Assembly (NCBI GenBank): GCA_951406725.2
Contig: CATOCA020000001.1
Coordinates: forward strand, 5,518,001-5,582,000
Direction of reading: 5' to 3'
DNA from: Octopus vulgaris
Lineage: Eukaryota
DNA length: 64,000 nucleotides
Part shown: in pieces, positions 12,889 through 25,373 of the stretch
Layout: the number at the start of each line of letters is the position of its first letter
Position numbering within the stretch: position 1 is the first letter of the stretch
Position numbers and translations under genes: made by a program
Notes under the pieces: generated by a model
The model's input: only the letters and a program-made list of their open reading frames with translations
Databases searched by the model: none
Told to the model about the DNA's origin: nothing

Positions 12889-13024
12889 TATATCAAAGTC
12901 ACTACACATTTATAAACTACATCATCAAAATTAATTATTTTTTTTTGATGAGGTGAATAACGTCTTTCACTATTGAATTTGCTTAATAAAGGTTTTTCTT
13001 TAAATAATATATATATATATATAT

Positions 13025-14793
13025 TTTTTTTTCTAGTTTCAGCTCAGAGCTGCGGCCATGCTGATGCACCGCCGTTTTGTGCTACACTATTATTACGACG
13101 AACCTCGTCTAATATGTGGCACTTGGTGAAGAATGGAGTTTGATATAGCTACTCTCATTTGCACCTCTTGCCGTGAGGTAGGTTCATCTGGGACTCTCGA
13201 CAGGAAGATGTCCAGCTTTGATTTAAAAACCGCTACATCTACTTTGTGCAAGTTCCTCAGACTCTTTGGGAGAATATTAAAAAGCTGTGGGCCCTTGAAA
13301 TCCAGGCTGTTGCAGAACCTGGTCGTGAAGCATGATGGCATTGCTGGGATCTTTGGCACTATGCAGTGTCGTCCCGTTCTAGCATTGGTGTAGCTTACAA
13401 TGCCAAAATTTGGCACAATTCCTTCCAGGATCTTCCAGACATATATTACTGCATACCTCTCCCGTCTTCTCTCCAGGGAGTAGAGTCTTAGCTGTTTCAA
13501 CCTTTCCCAGTAGCTGAGCTGTTGCAAAGAGACGATCTTCTTTGTGAATCTTCTCTGGATTGCTTCAAGGTCCGCTGTTAATTTTACACTGGTGGGTGAC
13601 CATAGCTGTGAGCAGTAATCCAGGCGACTGAGGACGATGTCCACCAGAGGACCATCATGGTTTCCTTATTTCTGGTTCTGAATGTTCTTAGGATCCACCC
13701 AGCCAGTCGTCTGCACTTTGTCGCCATCCTGGTAATGTGCACTTGGAAAGAGGTATCATCACTCATGTCGATACCCAGGTCCGTCACAGACTTAGGCTCT
13801 GGGATTGAAATTCCCTGTGGACCGGTGTATCCTGTAAGTTTAATATTGAGTTTTGGGTGCTGGTAGCGCAGGGCCTGGAATTTTTCAGCATTAAACTGCA
13901 TATTATTATCCTCAGCCCATCTGTAGATTGACTCCAACTCCTGCTGCAGGTGTGCTACATCGCTGGGGATCTGTATTTTCTGCGAGACTTTCGTATCGTC
14001 TGCATAGCTGGCCAGAGTGGCTATCCAGGCATTTGAGGGCATATCTGAGAGGGCCACTATAAAAAGCAGTGGTCCCAAGACAGTGCCCTGTGGAACACCG
14101 CTCACTATTTGTGTGTTCATAGAGGTGGCTCCATTAACCACTACTGCCTTGCTCCTATCTTTCAGGAAGTCATGCAACCACACTCCAAGTTTTCCAGCTA
14201 TGCCGAGGTCACGTAGTTTGTGGCATATCATACCATGATCCACCTTGTCAAAAGCTTTTGCAAAATCAAGGTAGATTACGTCCACATTTGATTTGTTGAG
14301 TAACTGCCTCAACACCCAGTCATAATGCTGTAAGAGCTGGGTCAGGCAGCTCCTACCTGGTCGAAAACCATGCTGGGTATCACTCAGCAAGTTATTTTCC
14401 TCAAGGAATGCGACTAGTTTCTTTCTGACTATCCGTTCCATGACTTTGCTGATGTGTGAAGTTAGAGAGACAGGCCTATAGTTTTTGGCATCTGCTCTAC
14501 TTCCCCCTTTATGTATTGGGCATATTATTCCCTCCTTCAGGTTGCTTGGCAGTTTGTCATTCGCAAGAATGCTCTGGAAGAGAATCTTGAGGGGTTTTGC
14601 CAGGGCATGCTTACACGCTTTGAGGAGGATGGCTGGGAAACCGTCTGGACCAGCAGCTGAGTTTGTGTCCACTTCATCTATGGCTAGTAGGACATCTTAT
14701 TCGCTAATATCAATACATTCTATTGTAACCGCCTCACTGGTTATAGGGGAGGCGGCAAAGAAGTCCACTGGTTCGTTCACTTGTCTGTGTTCC
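13025..14793 (-). mobile_element. CR1-group (Crack/Daphne/CR1-like) LINE, 5'-truncated, RT domain plus 3' end
   Basis: ORF 13584..14672 has AAGPDG, NYRPVSLTS, QHGFR.GRSC, YLDFAKAFDKV, GVPQGTVLGP.LF and YADD. After one frameshift, ORF 13093..13644 continues with LYSLERRRERY. A short 3' UTR and A-tail lie at 13025-13090. Confidence 0.92.
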
Positions 14794-14891
14794 AATATAT
14801 ATATATTTATTATATATTTTGAAATTTGATTTAGAATTCCTAAATTGAATTTTTCCCAGTAAGTTTGGAATTATATTCCCTAACATACATA

Positions 14892-14951
<60 letters not shown>

Positions 14952-14999
14952 CCTGACTTCCAGACAGAAGGTAGACAGTTTTTACTTAAAACGTCTCCT

Positions 15000-15040
15000 G
15001 ATAATTTGATAAGATGAAATACATCGAAACCGGTAATATT
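15000..15040 (+). ncRNA. Minimal type I hammerhead-ribozyme-like motif (U3-A8 core variant)
   Basis: gataat-TTGATAA-gatg(aaata)catc-GAAA-ccgg-TA-atatt. The duplicate at 30106-30145 has a cleaner stem I but core TTGATTA. Confidence 0.5.
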
Positions 15041-15123
15041 AATATTTTATTTATATAATCTTTTATTAAATCCCCTCTGAAATTGAAATGTCTTTGAACA
15101 AATTCTGTGCTATTTCCACCTTC

Positions 15124-15168
<45 letters not shown>

Positions 15169-15210
15169 CTAGGGAGTAAATCCAACTTACAGGTAAAAAT
15201 TAGATTTAGG

Positions 15211-15247
<37 letters not shown>

Positions 15248-15475
15248 TTTATAAAAATATATTTTAAAATTTATAAATATAAATTTAAAAAATTTAAATC
15301 TAAATAATTTAAATTTTAAATTTTATATTTTATATATTTTGTATATTATATTAATTATATTTATTTTTATGTTTTGGTTTATGCTTTTCACTGTTTTATT
15401 TGCCTAATAGTGGTTTTATCTCTAATTTAATTATATATATATATATATACATATGTATGTGTGTATGTATGTATG

Positions 15476-15506
<31 letters not shown>

Positions 15507-16159
15507 GTATGTATGTATGTATGCAAATACACATATTTCCTCAGAATATCAGACTTTTGTCCCAAGCTGTACATAGTCCGAATGGAAACAGGATTGCGTG
15601 AACAATCGAACAAAGCCATGGGTGAGAAGAGGCGAATCTTCAACACTGATGCAGTGTTCTTGTTATAATATGTCGCCCTAGGAAGGATAAGCTGAGGAAA
15701 CGGTCCCACAAACAGTTCTATTCCCTTAAGAATGGTGACAGCCAAGAGTGGCACCACAGCAGTCAAGTGGAAGGGTCTGGTATTTGTAACCACATGGGTC
15801 CAAGTTCAGTCTACTCCGAATCGGAGCTAATGGATTATGCGAGAATTCGATTGACAGCAACTGAAAGTAGCCTGATGTATGTATGTGTGGGTTTGTGCCC
15901 CGGGGGATGGGATTTCGACGACCACCGCTTGACCATCGGTAGGGTTCTGGTTACGTCCCTATACTGAGATGTTCAGTAAAAACAGAACCGATGGGGATAA
16001 GGAATAGAATTAGCAAGTAGATACATCGAGTTGTTCCACTGAAAACTTCACGGAGCTGCCCCAGTCTGGCCGCAGTCCAATAACTAACGCAATTAAAGAA
16101 AAATGTTATATTTATACATGAAGAGACTTGATAATATATTCAAGTCTATTCCTATTTTC

Positions 16160-16198
<39 letters not shown>

Positions 16199-16302
16199 AC
16201 TCACATGCATAAATACACACATATATATACATATATATAAACATAAGTGAATATACACACTAACATACATATACATACACAGCTCTATGCTCACATATTT
16301 GC

Positions 16303-16398
<96 letters not shown>

Positions 16399-16883
16399 GT
16401 ATATATATATATACATATATACATAATATATATATATAAGTATGTATGTATATACATATATACGTATATATATATGTACATACATGACTACACATGCACC
16501 CGTACATACTTATATGAGAGTGGGTTCATACTTTCCTTAACAACCCATGAAAGTTATAAATGAGTGCCTGGGATTATTTCCCAAATCCCATTGCTACGCA
16601 CCCATTTATCCGCTCGATGTCACCACCATAAAGCTGTTTCCATGGCTGTCATTTCATAAATTCCTGTGCTGTGGCTTAAATTAATCTTCTTCCTTTCATT
16701 CTGTATTCATTTTCTCACACTCCTTCTCTACCAATATTTTAGTTACAGCATTTTGCTTTTTCTAGCTTTCAAATAAATTGATATATTTTTTTAAGTGGTC
16801 ATTTATTAGTATTGCACCATGACTACCAAGATAGAGAGAACGTGATACACACAAACACACACCTACACACACACACACCTACA

Positions 16884-16934
<51 letters not shown>

Positions 16935-17316
16935 ATGTTAATTGCTCCTGAAGTGCCGCTAATCAAATGAGTGAAAACTTATTTTGTCTTCAACGCATAA
17001 TCGTGACTGTCGTATAAGAAAGTATTTAATAAATCCAAAATAAATTCTGTAACATTTAATTCGTTTTTGGCTGTTCCTAAATTCCCTGATCTGGCTTTAT
17101 TACAGCCAAAAAGCTTCGTAAGACCCGGTCCAGTATAACCATTGCAACTTCGATAATTAACACGAAACTTCATTGCGCTAAACGATAATGCGGTTGCTTT
17201 GAATCATAGTAAAGGTAACACAAGAAATATAAAAAATAAAGTATGTAGTAGGAAATTATATGTACACAGAAACACACAGACACACAGACACAGACACACG
17301 CACACATTCATACATA

Positions 17317-17380
<64 letters not shown>

Positions 17381-17393
<13 letters not shown>

Positions 17394-17604
17394 ATATGTT
17401 ACATTTACTCAATAGTCAAGATAAAACTGAGTTTCAGATGCCGAAGTGGAAATCCACAACACCATCTGTTCGGTTATCTGGCCATCTGAAAAACGCTATG
17501 AAAAAATAACCGAACAGATGGTGTTGTGGATTTCCACTTCGGCATCTGAAACTCAGAGTTTTATCTTGACTATTGAGTAAATGTAACATATTATTTTATA
17601 TATA
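17381..17604. repeat. Long inverted repeat (~97-bp arms, 28-nt spacer)
   Basis: 17381-17477 is the reverse complement of 17506-17604 apart from a 2-nt indel. The duplicate at ~32421-32645 lacks the indel. Confidence 0.95.
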
Positions 17605-17639
17605 AATTTCCTCTATTAACATAATATTGAGATCTCTTT

Positions 17640-17726
<87 letters not shown>

Positions 17727-18004
17727 CTGTCTATTTCTATATATGGAAAACTTGCTTCGCAGCGACATCCTTCCGAATTTAGTCCCATTGCATGACACAT
17801 TGGTGAGTGTCCTCTACTCTACACTCGGGGTGACCAAAACCTTTTAAACGGAATTAGTAGATAGAAACTGAAAGAATTCCGTTGTATTTAAGTATGTATA
17901 TATCTGTGTGTCTATGTGTGCTACCCCGCTTAAGATACCGCTTGGCAACCGGTGCAGGTTTGTTTACGAGCCCATCAGTTAATGGTTAAGCAAAATATAT
18001 TGAT

Positions 18005-18410
18005 AGGCGCAGGAGTGGCTGTGTGGTAAGTATCCTGTTTACCAACCACATGGTTCCGGGTTCAGTCCCTCTTCGTGTCATCTTGGGCAAGTGTCTTCTA
18101 CTATAGCCTCGGGCCGACCAAAGCCTTGTGAGTGGATTTGGTAGACGGAAACTGAAAGAAGCCCGTTGTATACATGTATATATGTATATATGCGTGTGTG
18201 TGTCTGTGTGTCTGTATTTGTCCCCCTAGCATTGCTTGAGAACCGATGCTGGTGTGTTTATGTCCCCGTTACTCAGCGGTTCGGGAAAAGGGACCGATAG
18301 AATAAGTACTGGGCTTACAATAGAATAAGTCCCGGGGTCGAGTTGCTCGATTAAAGGCGGTGCTCCAGCATGGCCGCAGTCAAATGACTGAAGCAAGTAA
18401 AAGAGTAAAA
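18005..18410 (+). mobile_element. SINE family A, full length (duplicate at 33062-33470)
   Basis: Complete head, internal microsatellite and tail. Confidence 0.9.
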
Positions 18411-18545
18411 GAGAGAGAGAGAGAGAGAGTGAGAGAGAGAATAAATAACAGATTTTACAAAAAAGTAATGCGGCCGATATATTCCAGTAATAATTCTTCA
18501 AGGCTCTGCCCCAGCATCGCCGCAATCCCTAAAAGAATAAAGAGG

Positions 18546-18590
<45 letters not shown>

Positions 18591-18659
18591 CGCTAACCAG
18601 CAGATTGTAGTAACATTGTTCTATGCAGAACAACCACGTTGAGGTGGGGAGAATTCTCT

Positions 18660-18870
18660 CTTTCTCTCTTTTACTCGTTTCAGGCATTTGACAGCGGCCA
18701 TGCTGGAGCACCGCCTTTAGTCGAGGAAATAGACCCCAGGACTTATTTATTCTTTGTAAGACGAGTACTTATTCTATCAGAATCTTTTGCCGAATCACTA
18801 AGTTACGGGGACGTAAACACACCAGTATCGGTTGTCAAGCGATGTTGGGAGGGACAAACACAGACACACA
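18660..18870 (-). mobile_element. SINE family A, 3' half (duplicate at ~33720-33930)
   Basis: gcggccatgctggagcaccgcc tail and adjacent body. Confidence 0.8.
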
Positions 18871-18871
18871 G

Positions 18872-18912
<41 letters not shown>

Positions 18913-18982
18913 CATATATACGGCGAGAGAAACGAATGAAAAACAAGACATATATTAGTTTAACGATTTATATATCTGTATG

Positions 18983-19013
<31 letters not shown>

Positions 19014-19099
19014 GTAGGTCCCGGGTTGATTCGGGGTTAACCACAGTAAATAAGGTACTCAATACATAGCAGAGTAAAATTAATTTATTATATAGAAGG

Positions 19100-19150
19100 A
19101 GCTTCTACAGGACTAGAACTGTTTCATTCAAGAGAAATCTTCAGGAAGCT
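19100..19150 (-). ncRNA. Type I hammerhead-ribozyme-like motif
   Basis: Minus strand AGCTTC-CTGAAGA-tttc(tctt)gaat-GAA-ACAG(ttctagtc)CTGT-A-GAAGCT: 6-bp stem I, intact core, 4-bp stem III, GUA cleavage triplet, and a U-U mismatch at the first stem II pair. Confidence 0.65.
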
Positions 19151-19217
19151 AGTTAACAAGAATTGTATTGGCATTTATACATTTATACATTTATACATAT
19201 ATATATGTATGTAGGTT

Positions 19218-20340
19218 TCGGGTTGGTGCACAAGTAATGTCCGATTGAAAGATCTAAGGTAAAGATGAATAAGTCAACGACTATGGAAGTATTTATTCCT
19301 TAATTCACTCTCAGTTGCTTTCAATGACCTTATTCCAGCTTTCAAAAACCTCATAAATGCCTCGCTTGTAAAATTCTGTAGGTTTAGAACGAAAATATGA
19401 ATCCAACTCATTTCCAATCTCTTCTCTGGTGGTTAAGTCCATCAAAATAGTTCTGTAGTCCTCGGAACGAATGGTAATCAGAAGGAACAAGGTCAGGAGA
19501 ATATGGAGGATGAGGCAGTATTTTCCAACCAAGTTCTTCGAAGAGAGTTTTCGTTAGTCGTGCTGTGTCATGATGGAAGATGACACCCCTTCTGTTAACC
19601 AAGGGTACTTGATTTTTGGCTCAGAACTGTTTTCAAACGACGAAGTTTCTCACAGGAAAGCTAAGCATTAATTGTTTGGTTGTTGACCAACAGTTCACAA
19701 TGAATTACTCCTTTAATATCCCACCATACACTCAACATGATCTTCTTTGTAGGATGTCCTGCTCTCGGTTGTTGAACTGGCCATCCTCCTCGACTGGTCC
19801 AAGAACGACAGCGTTTAACATTATGGTAAAGAATCCACTTCTCATTACATGTAACGAGCCTGTCTAAATATGTTGCTTGAAAGTATCGCGAAAGCAATGA
19901 TTGGCCACAAGCAGCATGCTGTTGTTGATTCTCTGGAGACAGCTCCTGAGGGACCCATTTTCCAGCCACTGAAACCTGTCCAATGTGTTTTACCTGGCGT
20001 ATCCCAATTGTATGGGCCATGTTTAACTGTTCTGCAAGTTCCCTAGTGGTAACGGTAGAGTTCTCAGAAACAAGAGCTTTCAACATTTTGGAATCAAGTT
20101 TTTTTGAATGACCCCCTTTTGACTCTTCTTTCAAAGGGAAACCACCACTTTGGAAACGGGAAAACCACCTCCTGCAACTTCTTTCATTCCCTAGATCATC
20201 CCATAACTGCTCTGAATAGATCTTGTTGCCGCACTTGCGTTAACACCTTTATAAAACTCGAAGAGTAAACCATTTCCTATGTGACCTTAGATGGGACAAA
20301 CATGGTGGTAAAGGTTTCTGAGAATTATGGCCAGAAGTTA
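19218..20340 (-). mobile_element. Mariner (DD34D-type) transposon, degenerate
   Basis: WVPQEL, VTCNEKW, SVWWD.KG and HPPYSPDLVPSDYH motifs in ORFs 19661..20134 and 19408..19602. Confidence 0.9.
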
Positions 20341-20390
20341 GATAATCTTAAAGAAAATAGTACAAATAAGACACATATATATATATTTAT

Positions 20391-21690
20391 CCTGACCGCG
20401 TTCTTGCCCTCCTAGTGGCTTCCCCTCCCTCTCACATCCATGACACCAACCATGCACTTCGTTTGTTCAACTCTTTCTCCTTCCCTCCTGGCCCCTCAAA
20501 ACTTCTCTTCACTCTCGACATCCAGAGGCTTTACACAGTGATCCTTCAACTCGAGGGGCTGCGGGCAATCCAACATTTCATTGACCTTCGACCTAACCCC
20601 CAACCCGACACTTCCACACCCGTTCGTCTGGCCGAAATTGTTCTTTCACTCAGCTTCTCGTTCGCTGGTGCTTTTTACCAGCAGTTTTCGGGAGTGGCCA
20701 TGGGAACAAGAATGGGTCTCAACGATGCGGACCTGTTCGTTGGCTATGTTGAGTCCCAAATATTCTCCGGTTTCACTGGTCCCACTCCCGAACTATACGG
20801 TCGTTATATTGACGACTGTATTCGTGCGACCTCACTCTCCCGCGAACATCTAGACTCCTTCCTCTCTTTTGTCAAATCTTTCCATCCAGTCCTCCACTTC
20901 ACCTGCACTATCTCAGACACCTCTGTCACCTTTATTGACGTTTCGGTCAGCATTCATCACTCCACTCTCACCACCTCCATCCACTACAAACACACAGACT
21001 CACACTCATACCTCAAATTCACCTCCTCCCACCCTAAACACATTAATCTTGCCATCCTCTATTCTCAATTCCTCCGTCTACGCAGGTTCTGTAGTGACGA
21101 CCATGACTTTGAGACTCAGTCTCAACTCATGGCTCGCCACTTCATCCTACGTGCATATCCCCTCACCACTATCCACACCACCCTTGCCACAGCCCGTTCG
21201 ATGGATCGTGCATCTGTTCTCTACCCCGCCCAGCCCCGCCGTCCGCCGTCTCCCATTTCCCATCACCGACCCACCACCACCCTATCTCTCCAACACAACA
21301 TTCTCGGAGTCTTCCGCCGACTCCAGTCCGACCCCTGCACTTCGCACATCTTCCATAACCGACACCTCCCCTCCTTCAAACGAGCCCACAACCTACAAGA
21401 CCTTTTGGTATACAGCTTCTTCGCGAACCAAACCTCCCAACCCGGCTCGTTCCCTTGCTCCCGCCCACGCTGCCGCACTTGCCCTGACCTCCCCAACACC
21501 AGTCTCCTCCCCGCCACATCGACCCTATCGCATTTTCGACTCCTTCACCTGCACCTCTACCAATGTCATCTACTGCATCTCCTACTCTCTCTGCCCTTCT
21601 CTATACATCGGGCCAACGGGACGCCGCTTGGCTGACCGGTTCACGGAACACCTCCGAGACATTCGACTCGGCAACCCCACCTTCCCAATC
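20391..21690 (+). mobile_element. Penelope-like element (RT plus GIY-YIG endonuclease), 5'-truncated and frameshifted
   Basis: GVAMGTRMG, RYIDD, YKHTDSHSYL..SSHP, C..PRC.TC linker, then NVIYCIS..LC..LYIG.TGRRL.DRF.EH in the shifted frame. Confidence 0.9.
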
Positions 21691-21949
21691 CATCCCACAC
21701 CATCTCTCACACCAACTTCCACATACCCCACCTCTACCCCCACCCTCATCCTACCCACATACTCCACATCTACCCCCACCACCAGCTTAACCCACACCCC
21801 ACCCTTGCTTTCCCCACTTTCGTCTCTCCCACCTCCCAACACCATCATACCACACTACACACCACTGCACTATACACCACCATACCACACGAGACCACAT
21901 CGCATCGCATCACACCACCACGCACACTCCAGCACTGACCACTTCCGTT

Positions 21950-22681
21950 TATAAAGGGAATCACAGAGTTGAGTGAGAAGAACCTTTTCGATCGCATTTC
22001 CATCTGTGATTCGCTTTAGAAACGGGATGAAAACGTGTCTTTTTAAAGCAAATTGTGACAGGTGATGAGAAATGGATTATCTGCCGAAATATTCGGAGAA
22101 AGCGATCCTGGATTAAGCGACATGAGCCACCTTAGCCACCCCAAAAGCGGGTCTTTACCCTAAAAAAGTCTTGATTTGTGTCTGGTAAGATTGGAAAGGA
22201 ATTCTGTACTATGAGATTCTCCCAAGTAACCAGAATATTAATTCTGACAAATACTGCCCACAACTGGACGAGTTCAAGAGAAATATCCAGAATTGTCCAA
22301 CAGGAAGGGTGTTGTTTTCCAACATGATAATGCAAGACCACACGTTTCCTTGGGAAGCAGACAAAAATTGCTGCAGCTCGGCTAGGATGTGTTACCCAAC
22401 CCTCCATATTCACCAGATATTGCTCCTTCGGATTTGCACTTATTCAGGTCTCTGCAGAATAGTCTTAATGGTAAAAATTTTAATTCCTTGGATGATGTAA
22501 AAACATACCTTGATGAATTCTTTGCCATGAAAACACCCCAATTCTGGGAAGAGGGTATTTTCAAGTTAAAGGGAAGATGGAAACGCATTGTGGTTCATAT
22601 TTTGTTGATTAAAAATGTAATGGCAAGTATTTATTGACCTTTTTCTTTCCTTTAAGAATTGGCACGAACTTTCCAGACAAC

Positions 22682-22686
<5 letters not shown>
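21950..22686 (+). mobile_element. Mariner transposon 3' half with right TIR
   Basis: TGDEKW, HDNARPH and PYSPDIAPSDLHLF motifs. Terminal gcacgaactttccagacaacacaata is followed by (TA)n. Confidence 0.88.
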
Positions 22687-22740
<54 letters not shown>

Positions 22741-22742
<2 letters not shown>

Positions 22743-23065
22743 CACTGTAACTAGGTAAATAGAATCTTCGAACAGAGACGGTCAGTAGCGACACCTGCGG
22801 GTCGACTACGCTGCATTGATAAAGTGCAACAACCCGGAAACATGTCTGCAGCTGTCTGACTAGCAGGATGAAGCGGCTGACCTCCCCTGTTCGAAGGTTT
22901 ATAACAGACGCAGTTTGTGTGTCAAGTAGCTAGCTAGAGGCGGTGGCCTCTTGGAGCTAATCAGCGACAGCTTTAGTCTCATATTTATAAGACTGCCATA
23001 TTAGTATGGCGATAACTATTAATTTCCAGTAACGCTGCCGTAATCTCCTTTAGAGAGACTTAGTA
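22741..23065 (+). ncRNA. ~320-bp highly structured insert with a hammerhead-like motif at 22810-22852 (retrozyme-like or Penelope pLTR-like)
   Basis: gctgca-TTGATAA-(14 nt)-GAAA-catg-TC-tgcagc, nested in further complementary arms and flanked by (TA)n. Duplicate at 38097-38420 (motif 38167-38209). Stem II pairs poorly. Confidence 0.5.
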
Positions 23066-23078
23066 ATTTTAATATTTC

Positions 23079-23115
<37 letters not shown>

Positions 23116-23398
23116 TATATAACAGTCAACTAACAAATCTACCTGTGTATCTGTGTATCTGTATATAATGTGGGATTGGGGTGTCACTACCTTCTACGAT
23201 AAAATGCGGGTGTGAAGTCGGCCTAGTGTACCTTCAGTTCGGTTTTTGGGCATGTTGGTAGAATATGGAGGACTGTTTATTTTTTGTTTTCATAAGTCTC
23301 AAATGTACATTTAATCTTTCCTAAATGCTTCTAGATCTCTCATCAATATATGTCATGTTTTTCTTTTTTAAAACAGTCCTCCTTGCTCCTTGTGCGTA

Positions 23399-24775
<1,377 letters not shown>

Positions 24776-24784
24776 CAGTGACAC

Positions 24785-25050
24785 TCAGTTAGTTACAATA
24801 ACAAAGGTTCCAAGGTGTCCGATCGACAGAACAGCCTCCTCGTGAAATTATTGTCCAAGGGGCCGAACACTCCACAGAAACGTGTACAATTAACGTAATT
24901 CTGAGGGAGAATCAGCGTGACACAGAGTGGGACAAGGCTGGCCCTTTGAAATACAGGTACTACTTATTTTTACCAGCAGATTGAACTGAAGCAACGGGAA
25001 ATAAAGAGTCTTACTCAAGGACACAATACTTTACAAGGAATTGAACTCAC
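24785..25050 (-). mobile_element. Degenerate SINE-like repeat (family D; duplicate at ~40145-40410)
   Basis: Minus strand gagttcaattcc...gtgtccttgagtaagactctttatttc resembles the family C body. Confidence 0.55.
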
Positions 25051-25325
25051 GTGGACCAAATAAGCCACTGATATTCAAACAACTTTGCACACCACTTCAA
25101 ATATTGAATTATCTTATCTTCTTTCTACTGACATTATTTACATAATGACTTCTGTTAGGAGCGGCAATGGCCTTCCCCGCTTGTATATACCATGGCAGCC
25201 ATGCAACACAAGAGGAATGTCATAAACACTCGACCTAATTTCCAGATAAAATACGAGATTAAATTTACAACGCTGACAAAAGGCTTTACTTACAAGCAGA
25301 ACAGGACACACACACGGAACACACA

Positions 25326-25373
<48 letters not shown>

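Noticed and set aside
12511-12902. Regular 51-bp repeats as a CRISPR array or a repeat protein
   Set aside because: The units are contiguous with no unique spacers, and the context is eukaryotic. This is a minisatellite.
16112-16563. YI/HT/CV/LS-rich ORFs here and throughout the window
   Set aside because: These are translations of (TA)n, (CA)n, (GA)n and (GATA)n microsatellites or SINE bodies.
16979-17173. 64-aa ORF identical in both duplicate copies as a small gene
   Set aside because: Identity is explained by the recent duplication. The older homologous block at 9.7-9.9 kb has a frame-breaking indel relative to it.
20869-21954. 361-aa Ser/Pro/Thr-rich ORF as a mucin-like gene
   Set aside because: It is an alternative frame of the C-rich Penelope element. 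Only its GIY-YIG segment is meaningful.
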